From Terracidiphilus sp. (GTDB taxonomy: Bacteria; Acidobacteriota; Terriglobia; Terriglobales; Acidobacteriaceae), in the NCBI GenBank assembly GCA_035315085.1, contig DATFYK010000026.1, forward strand, positions 1,538 to 65,537: 64,000 nt of DNA, written 5' to 3'. A program made the position numbers and the translations under genes. Of the stretch, positions 9,267-20,317 are shown piece after piece. The notes below the pieces were generated by a model, which searched no databases, was not told the DNA's origin, and worked only from the letters and a program-made list of their open reading frames with translations. The first letter of the stretch is position 1; every line of letters begins with the position of its first letter.

Positions 9267-11828
9267 TTATTCGTTTGCGAGGGCGACTTCATGGAGCCAG
9301 CCGGGGGCTTTGAGGAGTTCGCGGGGGCGGGAACCGTCGGCGGGGCCGACCAGGCCGTCGCGCTCCATGAGGTCGATCAAGTGGGCGGCGCGGCCATAGC
9401 CGATGCGGAGACGGCGCTGGAGCAGAGACGTGGAGGCTTTGCCGAACTCGAAGACCAGGCGGACAGCGTCGTCGAACATGGGGTCGTTTTCGTCGGGGCC
9501 GCTGTTGGAGCCATCGACGGAGGCGCGCTCGTCTTTGGGCGATTCGAGGAAGGTATGGACGTAATCGGCATCTCCCTGCGCCTTCCAGAAATCGACCACC
9601 GCCGCGGTCTCTTTTTCGGTGACCAGGGGAGCGTGGAGGCGCATGAGGCGGCTGGTGCCGGGGGGCAGGAAGAGCATGTCGCCGCGGCCTAAAAGCGCCT
9701 CCGCTCCGTTGGAATCGAGGATGGTGCGGGAATCGACCCTGGTGGCCAGCCGGAAGCTGATGCGGGTGGCGATATTGGCCTTGATGAGGCCGGTAATGAC
9801 GTCGACGCTGGGGCGCTGTGTGGCCAGGATGAGATGAATGCCGACGGCGCGGGCCATTTGCGCCAGGCGGGTGATGGACTCCTCGACATTGGAGCGGTCG
9901 ATCATCATCAGGTCGGCGAGCTCGTCGATGATGATGACGATGAAGGGCAGCGGCTCCTCGTTTTCTTTCGGGTCGAAGAGCGAGGGCATGGTGTTTTCAA
10001 AGAGCTTGTTGTACTGGTCGATGTTGCGCACGCTGCGCGAGGCGAGCAGCTTGAGGCGGCGCTCCATTTCGCGGACGGCGTTGCGGAGGGCGTTGGCGGC
10101 CAGCTTGGGCTCGGTGATGATGGGCGTGAAGAGGTGGGGAATGCCCTCATACATGCCCAACTCGACGCGCTTGGGGTCCACGAGGATGAGACGGACCTGC
10201 GAGGGCGTGGTGCGGAAGAGCAGGCTCATGATCATGGCGTTGATGGCCACGGACTTGCCGGAGCCCGTTGAGCCGGCGATGAGGACGTGAGGCATGGAGG
10301 CCAGGTCGGCGGTGACGATACGGCCGTTGATGTCCTTGCCCATGGCCAGGGTGAGGCGCGACCTGGCCCTGTGGAAGGTCTCCGACTCGATGACGTCGCG
10401 AAGGTGGATGGTTTCGCGCTCGTGGTTGGGAACCTGGATGCCGACGGTGCTTTTGCCGGCCATGCGCTCGATGAGGATGCTTTCAGCGCGCATGGCGAGG
10501 CAGAGGTCGTCGGCGAGGCCGGTGACGCGCGAGTATTTGACGCCGGCCTCGGGCTTGAATTCGAAGGTGGTGACCATGGGTCCGGGGTTGATCTGGACGA
10601 CCTGGCCGCGCACGTCGAACTCGGCGCATTTCTCGACCAGGACCTTGGCTTCCTCGCGCAGGTCATCTTCGCGGACGGCCTGGGGGCCGTCGCCGGCACT
10701 GAGCAGGGTGCTGGGCGGGAGTTTGAAGCCGCTGACATTTTTTGGGGCGACGGCGGCAGTGCGCAGGTCCGCATCAGCCCGGCTGTGGATGGCGATTTCT
10801 TCGACTCGCCGGGGAGCGGAGACGGAGGCCGAGTCCCATGGGGAGGCGATGGGCCGCGAGGCCGCGGGGTACGGCTGGGGGGACCGGTCGCCGATGGATT
10901 GGAGCGTAAACCTGGGCTGCATCGGCGGGGCATTTTCCGGGACGGGGACGGCCGGGGAAAAGGTTGTTTCCGCCGCGCGCTCCCAGATGCTGGTCTTGCG
11001 GGCCGGAGCCTCTACGGGGATTGGTCCCTCTGACGGCGCGACACGCTGGAATGCGGGGATCTCGTCTAGCGGGTCTGCTTCAGGCGCGCGGTTGCGGCGG
11101 CGGAAGAAGGCGGCGAACCAGCTGGAGCGGCGCTCCGCTTGAGCTGCGGCTGTCTCGTGTTCCTCGGCACGCTCGGCTTCCCGTTCAGCTTCGCGCTCGG
11201 CTTTGCGCTCGGCGCGCTCTTCGCGCCAGTTACGCCAGCGGTCATGCAAGGAGACGGCCTGCAGCCAGCGGGTATGGATGCTTTCAACGATGGCCCAGAA
11301 GCTGACCGCAGAGGCAAAGTAAAGTCCCGTGGCGGCCAGCACGCCGGCCACCAGCCATGCGCCCTGGATGTTGAGGTAGCCCACGAGCAGACCGGCCATG
11401 AGGCGGCCCACCACGCCCTCGACCGGGAGCACACCAAGCCAGAGCCAGTGCCAGGGGAGAAGACCAAAGACGGCAGGGATGAAAAGGATGGCCAGAAGAG
11501 TGCCGATCCAGCGGAGCACGGGCGAGCCGCTGGGACGGGAATGCATCCAGGTCCAGCCGATTCCGCCCAGCCACAGAGGCAGTAAAAAGGCGGTAAAGCC
11601 GAGAGATTGCAGCAGAAGGTCGCTGAGACCCGCGCCGAAGAGGCCGATCCAGTTGCGGACGGCGTGGGGGCCGGCCTCGCCCGAAGCGGTGTTCAGGGAG
11701 GGATCGGTGGAGTGGTAAGTGGCCAGCGCGAGGAGGAGCACGAGCGAGGCCAGCAGCAACACGAGCCCCAGGAACACGTTCCAGGGGCGGCTTCGCGTAG
11801 GCGACAATACGATGCGAATCGGCTTCAT
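9267..11828 (-). CDS. ftsK: DNA translocase FtsK
   Basis: N-terminal 4TM domain, PHVLIAGSTGSGKS Walker A, IIIDELADLM, LATQRPSVDVITG, gamma domain LQRRLRIGYGRAA. Confidence 0.97.
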   Translation of the reverse strand: MKPIRIVLSPTRSRPWNVFLGLVLLLASLVLLLALATYHSTDPSLNTASGEAGPHAVRNWIGLFGAGLSDLLLQSLGFTAFLLPLWLGGIGWTWMHSRPSGSPVLRWIGTLLAILFIPAVFGLLPWHWLWLGVLPVEGVVGRLMAGLLVGYLNIQGAWLVAGVLAATGLYFASAVSFWAIVESIHTRWLQAVSLHDRWRNWREERAERKAEREAEREAERAEEHETAAAQAERRSSWFAAFFRRRNRAPEADPLDEIPAFQRVAPSEGPIPVEAPARKTSIWERAAETTFSPAVPVPENAPPMQPRFTLQSIGDRSPQPYPAASRPIASPWDSASVSAPRRVEEIAIHSRADADLRTAAVAPKNVSGFKLPPSTLLSAGDGPQAVREDDLREEAKVLVEKCAEFDVRGQVVQINPGPMVTTFEFKPEAGVKYSRVTGLADDLCLAMRAESILIERMAGKSTVGIQVPNHERETIHLRDVIESETFHRARSRLTLAMGKDINGRIVTADLASMPHVLIAGSTGSGKSVAINAMIMSLLFRTTPSQVRLILVDPKRVELGMYEGIPHLFTPIITEPKLAANALRNAVREMERRLKLLASRSVRNIDQYNKLFENTMPSLFDPKENEEPLPFIVIIIDELADLMMIDRSNVEESITRLAQMARAVGIHLILATQRPSVDVITGLIKANIATRISFRLATRVDSRTILDSNGAEALLGRGDMLFLPPGTSRLMRLHAPLVTEKETAAVVDFWKAQGDADYVHTFLESPKDERASVDGSNSGPDENDPMFDDAVRLVFEFGKASTSLLQRRLRIGYGRAAHLIDLMERDGLVGPADGSRPRELLKAPGWLHEVALANE

Positions 11829-12015
11829 GGCGGGCTCACACTCGCTCCTGAACCGCCGCGGACAACCCCGGATGAGCCGCGAACGAGTTGCTGGAGCGGA
11901 CGAAAAGTCCCAGAGCAGCTTCTATTATCCCTGCGCTGGAGGCGGATTTTGGGCAAAAGAAGGCGGGGGGAACCTTGGTGTGGACCCCCGGCGTTGATTG
12001 GAATTGCTGGAGAGA

Positions 12016-12879
12016 TCAGCTCCCGATGTACTTTGCTCCCCAGATCAGCAGCGCGGCGCCGAGGAGGATGCGGTAGACGGCGAAGATGGTAAAGCCATGC
12101 TTGCGGACCCAGAAAAGGAACCACTCCACGACGCCGAGGGCGACGATGAAGGAGACCACGGTGCCGATGATGAGGACAATCCAGTTGTCGGTGGTCATGA
12201 CCACGTGCGCGGTTGCGCCGCCGCTGGGGAAGACCTCCTTCTTCAGGTCCCAGCAGGTGGCGGCGACCATGGTGGGAATGGAGAGGAGGAAGCTGAACTC
12301 GAGGGCGGAGGGACGGTCGAGACCGGCGAGCTGGCCGGCGGCGATGGTGGACATGGAGCGCGAGGTGCCGGGAAAGATGGCCGACAGGGTCTGGCAGAGG
12401 CCGATCCAGATGGCCTGGGGGAGGGTCATCTCCTCGACATCAAGGGTCGTCGATTCGCGGCGGGCCGCCCAGGCATCGATGATCCACATGGCGATGCCGC
12501 CGATGAGCAGCGCCATGGACATGGCCTGGAGGCTGCCCAGATTTTTTTCGCTCCATTTGTGCAGGAGCAGGGCGGGCGCCGAGGTGCAGGCAAAGGCGAT
12601 GAAGGTGAGGGAGATGGGATGGTTGAGCCAGTTGCGGTCGCCGTTCCGGCCGCTGGGAAAGTTGCGCAGGAAGCCGGCGATGCGGCCCAGGAACAGCAGC
12701 AAGAGGGCCAGAATGGCGCCCAACTGGATGACGATGGTGTACATCTTCCAGTAGGCGTCATCGAGGGGGATATTCATCAGAGCTTCAGTGATGCGGAGAT
12801 GGGCCGTCGAGCTGACCGGCAGGAATTCGGTCAGGCCTTCCACGATGCCGAGAATGATGGACTGAATATAGGGGTTCAA
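12016..12879 (-). CDS. uppP: Undecaprenyl-diphosphate phosphatase (BacA/UppP)
   Basis: GIVEGLTEFLPVSSTAH, IQLGAILA, PGTSRS, EFSFLLSIP. Confidence 0.96.
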   Translation of the reverse strand: MNPYIQSIILGIVEGLTEFLPVSSTAHLRITEALMNIPLDDAYWKMYTIVIQLGAILALLLLFLGRIAGFLRNFPSGRNGDRNWLNHPISLTFIAFACTSAPALLLHKWSEKNLGSLQAMSMALLIGGIAMWIIDAWAARRESTTLDVEEMTLPQAIWIGLCQTLSAIFPGTSRSMSTIAAGQLAGLDRPSALEFSFLLSIPTMVAATCWDLKKEVFPSGGATAHVVMTTDNWIVLIIGTVVSFIVALGVVEWFLFWVRKHGFTIFAVYRILLGAALLIWGAKYIGS

Positions 12880-12939
12880 AAAGCCTCCAGAGCGCGATTG
12901 ACATAAGGCGGCAAGCGAGCGCGGGAAACGCGTTTCCGC

Positions 12940-13992
12940 TTATTCCAGGTCAATACCGTAAACAGGGATGCCTACATCCAATTTGTACACCAGAGCTCCG
13001 GCGCGCCAGGAATAATCCGACTGCACGAAGTGTTCTTTCAGCTTTGCGGCCAGCTCATGGGCGTGGGCTTTGGCGTTGTTGCTTTTATTGTCGCTGCCTT
13101 CGGCGGCATACATATCGGTGAGCACGGCCTGACGGTAGACGGCCTGGTAGAGGGCCTGCGCCGTGCGCGGCCCGTCAGGATACTCGGCAGCATATTTTTC
13201 ATAAACCTCTGATTCCTTCTCAGGGCATTTGGGCGATCCCTGCCAGTCTCCGCAAAGCTTGTTGTCAATGAGGTCGAATGCCGCGAGTTCGGCCTGGCGG
13301 GTGTGAGGATAGAATTTGAGGACCTTCTTCAACTCATCCTCGTCCATCTGATCGTGGAGGGAGGGATCCCTCTCCCTGGCGGAGGGGCGCGAGGCGGCGT
13401 CGGCCTTCTGAATTTGCCAGAGAATGTCGCCGGCACGCCATGCGGCTTCGGGCACCAGCGGCGAGTTGGGGAACATTTCGACCAGGCGGCGGTAGAGGAG
13501 GCGGGCGCTTTGCGCGGCATTGGCCGGGCCGCGCGGATCGGAGGCCAGCGACTCCTGGTTGGCGGCTTCGCCCATGATGACCTGGTCGCCGTTGGGGGTA
13601 GTTTCCGCGACCACCTCCTTGGCTTCCATCCATCCGGAGACGGGGGGTGGGGCGTCGTCGCGGCCGAAGGTGGGCGTATCCTTCTCTCTCACCTCCTGAA
13701 TGTCGGTGTTGGCGTAGACGCGCATCCAGGGGCCGTTCTTTTCGGCGACGACCATTTCACGGCCAATCTGGACGCGGTCGACCTTCTGGGAGCCGGTGTC
13801 GGGCGCGATGTAAAGCCATGCGATGCGGAGGGGCGTGGCGCGGGGGCCGGCCAAGGGCTTTTCGAGGTGGGGAGGCTTCTTTTGGCCGAGAGCGGGCAGG
13901 GCAGCGCAGAGGAGGGCCAGGGCGATGGTGAGAGCGCGAGGCGTGCGAGTTCGGGGCGCGAAAATGCGTGGTTTCATCACAGGGAAAATCAT
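12940..13992 (-). CDS. Secreted protein with SH3-like N-domain and BamD/YbgF-like TPR repeats
   Basis: Signal peptide (PALG-Q); repeats YRRLVEMFPNSP, LKFYPHTRQA, YAAEYPDGPRTAQALY. Confidence 0.65.
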   Translation of the reverse strand: MIFPVMKPRIFAPRTRTPRALTIALALLCAALPALGQKKPPHLEKPLAGPRATPLRIAWLYIAPDTGSQKVDRVQIGREMVVAEKNGPWMRVYANTDIQEVREKDTPTFGRDDAPPPVSGWMEAKEVVAETTPNGDQVIMGEAANQESLASDPRGPANAAQSARLLYRRLVEMFPNSPLVPEAAWRAGDILWQIQKADAASRPSARERDPSLHDQMDEDELKKVLKFYPHTRQAELAAFDLIDNKLCGDWQGSPKCPEKESEVYEKYAAEYPDGPRTAQALYQAVYRQAVLTDMYAAEGSDNKSNNAKAHAHELAAKLKEHFVQSDYSWRAGALVYKLDVGIPVYGIDLE

Positions 13993-14137
13993 AGTCCAAC
14001 GACGGCTGGGGCGGGATTCCGGCGAGCGGCCGGAGTGAAAAACGTCGCTTGGGAGCTAAAGCCTGTGTCGATTGTGTTGCCTTTGCGGCACGGCTATCGC
14101 TGTGCCCTTTCAAAACATCGACATATGCAGTAGAGGC

Positions 14138-15463
<1,326 letters not shown>

Positions 15464-15751
15464 GCGGAAGGTCTTGCTCCGGGGGGACGGCAAAATTTGC
15501 GCACTGAAGGCCCATCCCGCTGACTTGGGGGCTGTTGCGCGCTTAGGCTCGATTGTATCCCAGCAACCACAGGAACCGCGCGCGGCAGGCGCCGGCCAAA
15601 CAGAATCGCCCGGCGCCCCGGATTCGATATTTAGAAAAGAATAAACAGGGCGGAAGCCGCAGCCAATGGACTTTGCAACTTACAGGCAATGCCGAGGGCA
15701 AGTTTTAGCCATTCAGGCCTCGCAACAGGATGAAAACGCTGAAAAGTAATC

Positions 15752-15780
15752 TTGACGGACTCTAGCCGGTAACCTACGAT
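15752..15780 (+). promoter_or_regulatory. Sigma70-type promoter of the first YCF48-like gene
   Basis: TTGACG-17 bp-TACGAT; homologous to the promoter at 17169-17198. Confidence 0.6.
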
Positions 15781-15801
15781 TCCACCCGAAAGGAAGTGTG
15801 C

Positions 15802-17130
15802 ATGAAACTCCCTCGGTATTTCTCTGTTCTTGCCGCGTTCATGTCGCTTTTCGCCCTCCATGCGGGGGCGCAAGGGACGCCCGTTCACCCTCAACCCGCC
15901 CCGGCAGGGGCCTCCACCGTCCACCAGCCCACCCCCGAGCAGATTGCCAAAATGCCGGTTGTGGCGCTGCCAATCAGGGACTTCAAGCTGCTCAACTCCG
16001 GCACCGGATGGGTCTCAACCGGGAATCGGCTGCTCTTGACCACCGACAACGGCACACATTGGAAGGACATCTCCCCGCCCGTCCCCGCCCTGGCCGATCC
16101 TCGTGACGATAAGTTTTCGGGAGTCTTTTTTCTCGACGCGAACACTGGCTGGGTACTTTTTACAACCGCCCCAGATGACACAACCACTGAATGCGATACT
16201 CACCTCGCCTCGACCGTCGATGGCGGAGCCACCTGGACCACGGTGTCGCAGCTTCCCAGATTGGATCCCTGGCGGGAAGTGACCGGCGGCGGCTCCCTCG
16301 TGTTTTCCGATAAGCTCCACGGCTGGGTGGACCTGGGCACGATCCGCTCAGGCGTCCTGTTTGCCACATCAGATGGAGGCCGGACCTGGCAGAGTCCCAA
16401 GAGCCAACCTGGAATTGGTTCCGATATGGTTGCTCCTACCGATAAGGATCTCTGGATGGCAGGAGGAAGAGATTACATACTGGTTGCGACACACGACGGC
16501 GCAAACACGTTTCAGGAGGTCTCACTGCCCGTTCCTGCGGGGATAGACCCTGAAGCTTATCCAGTCTACGGTCTGCCTGTATTCACAGACAGCCTCAACG
16601 GCTATGAGCCGGTAACCTACATAAACGGCGACGAAAAATCCGCCGAGGCGCTTTTCGCTACCACAGATGGCGGGCGTACTTGGCATATTGATCGCACGGT
16701 GACGAACTTGGATCCAAGTACAGCTGAGAGAAGTTCGCCCTCCGCCATTGTAGGTTCCACATGGTTATTCTCATTCGCGCCCGGGGGAACTCAAACAACT
16801 CTGATCAGAATTCACCCCAATGAAAAGAAAGCTGCTGCCGCCAATAGAGACGGTCACGATGGCTTCAACGGCTGCGATCTCAGCTTCCTCACCGCGGATG
16901 AGGGGTGGATGAATTGCACCGGCAATCTTACCTCTACCATTGATGGCGGGGCAACCTGGACCAACATCACTCCACGCGCCCGCAATGGCTCGAACAACGG
17001 AGTTCTCACCACAGACCCCGTTACACCAGTGCCAGCCCCAAAACCGATGACAACCCATCCAATCAAACTTGCAGACCCTAAAACTGTGCCGAACGCTACC
17101 AATGCACCTTCCGGCAACATACAAAACTGA
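15802..17130 (+). CDS. Secreted YCF48/BNR(Asp-box) beta-propeller protein
   Basis: Signal peptide (HAGA-Q); repeated TxDGGxTW Asp-boxes and F.D...GW blades; AAGGA RBS. Confidence 0.85.
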   Translation: MKLPRYFSVLAAFMSLFALHAGAQGTPVHPQPAPAGASTVHQPTPEQIAKMPVVALPIRDFKLLNSGTGWVSTGNRLLLTTDNGTHWKDISPPVPALADPRDDKFSGVFFLDANTGWVLFTTAPDDTTTECDTHLASTVDGGATWTTVSQLPRLDPWREVTGGGSLVFSDKLHGWVDLGTIRSGVLFATSDGGRTWQSPKSQPGIGSDMVAPTDKDLWMAGGRDYILVATHDGANTFQEVSLPVPAGIDPEAYPVYGLPVFTDSLNGYEPVTYINGDEKSAEALFATTDGGRTWHIDRTVTNLDPSTAERSSPSAIVGSTWLFSFAPGGTQTTLIRIHPNEKKAAAANRDGHDGFNGCDLSFLTADEGWMNCTGNLTSTIDGGATWTNITPRARNGSNNGVLTTDPVTPVPAPKPMTTHPIKLADPKTVPNATNAPSGNIQN

Positions 17131-17168
17131 GAAGTGAGTTACTTATTATATAATAACTGAATAATAAA

Positions 17169-17198
17169 TTGACAAATTCGAACTAGCGCGCCTACCAT
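17169..17198 (+). promoter_or_regulatory. Sigma70-type promoter of the second YCF48-like gene
   Basis: TTGACA-18 bp-TACCAT, preceded by an AT-rich tract. Confidence 0.55.
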
Positions 17199-17219
17199 CC
17201 CACCCGAAAGGAGTTTTAT

Positions 17220-20200
17220 GTGAAAGTCCCCCGGTTTTTAGCACTTCTTGCTGCGTTCACATCGCTCTTCGCCCTCCATGCGGGGGCGCAAGGGACGCCC
17301 GTTCACCCTCAAACCGCCCCTGCAGGGGCCTCCACACCCCACCAGCCCACTCCCGAGCAGATCGCCAAAATGCCGGTCACGGCGCTGCCAATAAAGGACT
17401 TCAAGCTGCTCAACTCCACCACCGGATGGGCGTCAACGGGAGGCAGGCTGTTTTTGACCACCGATAGCGGCACACATTGGAAGGACATCTCCCCGCCCAA
17501 CCCGAATCAGGACCACTACGCGGATGTCTTCTTTCACGACGCCGACGCCGGGTGGGTGCTCTTCGCGCACCGCATACGTGACGACGAAGAGCCGGCTGCC
17601 GACTCGCCGACAAGCAACTGGACTTTTCACCTCTCCGCCACGGTCAATGGGGGGGCAACCTGGACCAACGAGAACCTCCCGGCATGGAACAGCGACCGGG
17701 GGATGGGTGACCAGGGTGTCATCGCCTTTTCGGACAAGCTTCACGGATGGCTGAGCCTAGGCATCGCGGGCAGTACAACCTGGAGCGCGAGCGAGCTGCT
17801 TGCCACCTCCGATGGAGGCCGAACCTGGGTTTCAACAAAAGGCGGATCGGAAGGAAGAGTCGAAGCGATGCTCGCCCTTACCGGCAAGGATGTCTGGGTA
17901 GTTGGCAGCCCGGAGGGTGGCAGTGAACTCGATGTAAGCCACGATGGCGGAGATAGCTTTCAGGAAGTCGCCTTGCCGGCGCCCAAAGAATTCGCTCAGT
18001 TTGGTTACCCGGAATACAGTCTGCCGACATTCACAGATAGTCTCAACGGTTACGAGGCTGTAACCTATTCAGACTCCGAGGCTTCAAAGTCGGTCGCGGT
18101 GATGTATGCAACCCAGGACGGCGGCCGTACTTGGAAGTTGGACCGGATACTGTCCAATCTGGCCGAGGGGGAGACGGTAAGGTCTACCGTCGCTGGTTCT
18201 ACTTGGGTTCTTCCCTTTGCACCCGTTGGGTCTGAGCCGGCACTGGTGAAACTGTTCCCCGGTGGTAGGACAGCGGCCGCAACCCATACAAGCAGCGGCA
18301 CCTTCAACCTTTGCGGTCTCAGCTTCCTCACGCCAGACGAGGGGTGGATGAACTGTTCTTCCGGCCTTTCCTCCACTATCGATGGCGGAGCCACCTGGAC
18401 CGCAATTGCTCCGCGCACCCGTAACGGCGTTCTCACAACCGATCCGGTTACGCCGCTTCCTCCGCAAAAACCGCTGAAAACCATCCCAATCAAAACTTCT
18501 GCTGTCGGCACGAGTGGGGCAACCGCAGCTGCCATGGCTGCCGGGGCCGGCACCGGCCAAAGCGGAATCGACCAGCACCTCGGATTCGATATATCGAAGT
18601 ACATGCCGCCGGCGGAGATGAAAAAATGGTGGGATTCCAGCCCGTATTACGACGCGATCTTCTACGCGCCGGGCGCACCCACCCATCTGCCCAATGGGAG
18701 CACGCAATTCACCGCGGCTTGGGGTGCGGCGCTTTTGGCGCAGGGCTGGGGGTTCATCCCCGTTTGGTCTGGCTATCAGTCCGACTGCGCCTGCGCGCCG
18801 CCAACCAAGACGAACAAAAGCACCACTTGGCCAAGCTGCCCCCGGTTCAATGCAAAAACACAACAAATCGATCCCGAACCAGCCAAAGCCACAAAGCAGG
18901 GAACAAAGGAGGCCGACGACGCAATCACCGCATTCAGGAATCTGGGATTCGATGGCCTTATCGTCTATTTGGACGTAGAGGGATTTAACGATACAAGCAC
19001 TGGCGTCCAGGTGGTGAATGGAAAGACTTACGCCTGCAGTGCGTCGGCGAAGGCTTACATGGGCGGCTTCGTCGCGGAGATGCACAACGAAGGCGCGCTC
19101 GCCGGCCTGTATGGAAGCGCCAGCGACATCAAGAGCGATTTTCTCCCTGAAAAACCGGACGAAATCTATATCGCCGACACGAGCGGTAAAGTTACCGTGT
19201 GGGGAATGGGTGCAAAGTCCTATAAGGTGAGCGACTTGGACTGGCCGAACAAACAGAGAATCCATCAATACATGGCAGAAACTCTGCAAACATGGGGGGG
19301 GTCGAGGTCGTACTCGGTCGATCTGGACATCGTGGATGCCACCATCGTTCCCAGCAGCGGTGTCAAGAAGTACACCTCCGACAGCTTCCAAGCCCCTGTC
19401 TTGATGTCCAACGCCTATGAACTCTTCGGGATCAATAACGCGGTGAATAACGGCACGGCGCTGCAGATGGGAACCGTTCTCGGCTACGATTTCTCCGAGA
19501 ACTTATTCACTTATTCGCCGGCGGCAGGAATGACGATGATAACCTCTCTGTTGGGCGCTACTGGAATCAACAATCTCGGCCAAGTCATCGGCTATGATCA
19601 GAATGACAACAACGTGCTCTATACCCCAGGGGCAAATCCTCCTACCACTCCAATCTATGGCCCAGAGGGGATGCAAGATATGAATTTGAATTCGATCAAT
19701 GATGCCGGATGGATCCTCGGGGAATATTCCGATCAAGACGGGATTCAACACTGTATGCTGAGCAAACCACCCTACAACTCGAACACGACTTTTTCCTTTG
19801 ATTTCATCGGAGATATCCCTTGTGACGCAAACCAGCCAGTCATCAGCGGCGGTAGTGGAACTTTTTTGTGGGGCGGCAATGATCAAGCGGATTGGCTGGG
19901 AATCAACGGCCTGGGACTGATTGTGGGTTCCGCCGTTTCGGCGGTCTACGACGGTTATGGGAATACTACACCATTAGGATCCGAGGTATTTTTTGACGAT
20001 GTTGAAAACGGTGTCCCAGGCCCTTCGGACAATCTTGCCATCCTGGCGACAACGCAAGGCTGGAATACTCTGCTTCCGGTTGGAGTCAACAACAACGGTC
20101 AAGTGGCAGGCACATACTTAGCTGGAGAATGGTTCACTTGTGAGGGAGAGGGAACAGAACAGGGATTTTTCATCAATACGGACGGCAGCTATAGTTCGAT

Positions 20201-20309
20201 TGTCATTTTTCCCGCAGATTTGTGTGACTATCTTACGGGGATCAATGACGACGTTCAAATGGCGGGGACTAGCGATTTGGGCGGCTTCACCATCGACACC
20301 CAACACTGA
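17220..20309 (+). CDS. Secreted YCF48/BNR propeller fused to a DUF1906 (GH25-like) glycoside hydrolase and a C-terminal GINN-repeat propeller
   Basis: N-terminal ~430 aa paralogous to 15802-17130; HLGFD...SPY...GWGFIPVW...YLDVEG...GLYGS...IHQY...VDLD; C-terminal GINN/GIND repeats. Confidence 0.78.
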   Translation: MKVPRFLALLAAFTSLFALHAGAQGTPVHPQTAPAGASTPHQPTPEQIAKMPVTALPIKDFKLLNSTTGWASTGGRLFLTTDSGTHWKDISPPNPNQDHYADVFFHDADAGWVLFAHRIRDDEEPAADSPTSNWTFHLSATVNGGATWTNENLPAWNSDRGMGDQGVIAFSDKLHGWLSLGIAGSTTWSASELLATSDGGRTWVSTKGGSEGRVEAMLALTGKDVWVVGSPEGGSELDVSHDGGDSFQEVALPAPKEFAQFGYPEYSLPTFTDSLNGYEAVTYSDSEASKSVAVMYATQDGGRTWKLDRILSNLAEGETVRSTVAGSTWVLPFAPVGSEPALVKLFPGGRTAAATHTSSGTFNLCGLSFLTPDEGWMNCSSGLSSTIDGGATWTAIAPRTRNGVLTTDPVTPLPPQKPLKTIPIKTSAVGTSGATAAAMAAGAGTGQSGIDQHLGFDISKYMPPAEMKKWWDSSPYYDAIFYAPGAPTHLPNGSTQFTAAWGAALLAQGWGFIPVWSGYQSDCACAPPTKTNKSTTWPSCPRFNAKTQQIDPEPAKATKQGTKEADDAITAFRNLGFDGLIVYLDVEGFNDTSTGVQVVNGKTYACSASAKAYMGGFVAEMHNEGALAGLYGSASDIKSDFLPEKPDEIYIADTSGKVTVWGMGAKSYKVSDLDWPNKQRIHQYMAETLQTWGGSRSYSVDLDIVDATIVPSSGVKKYTSDSFQAPVLMSNAYELFGINNAVNNGTALQMGTVLGYDFSENLFTYSPAAGMTMITSLLGATGINNLGQVIGYDQNDNNVLYTPGANPPTTPIYGPEGMQDMNLNSINDAGWILGEYSDQDGIQHCMLSKPPYNSNTTFSFDFIGDIPCDANQPVISGGSGTFLWGGNDQADWLGINGLGLIVGSAVSAVYDGYGNTTPLGSEVFFDDVENGVPGPSDNLAILATTQGWNTLLPVGVNNNGQVAGTYLAGEWFTCEGEGTEQGFFINTDGSYSSIVIFPADLCDYLTGINDDVQMAGTSDLGGFTIDTQH

Positions 20310-20317
20310 TTGGCCAA

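Noticed and set aside
12924-12937. Perfect palindrome GGAAACGCGTTTCC upstream of uppP
   Set aside because: Single occurrence directly after a stop codon; cannot distinguish operator from hairpin or chance
17135-17170. AT-rich palindrome considered as a dif (XerCD) site because ftsK is nearby
   Set aside because: No TTATGTTAAAT-like XerD arm or 11-6-11 layout
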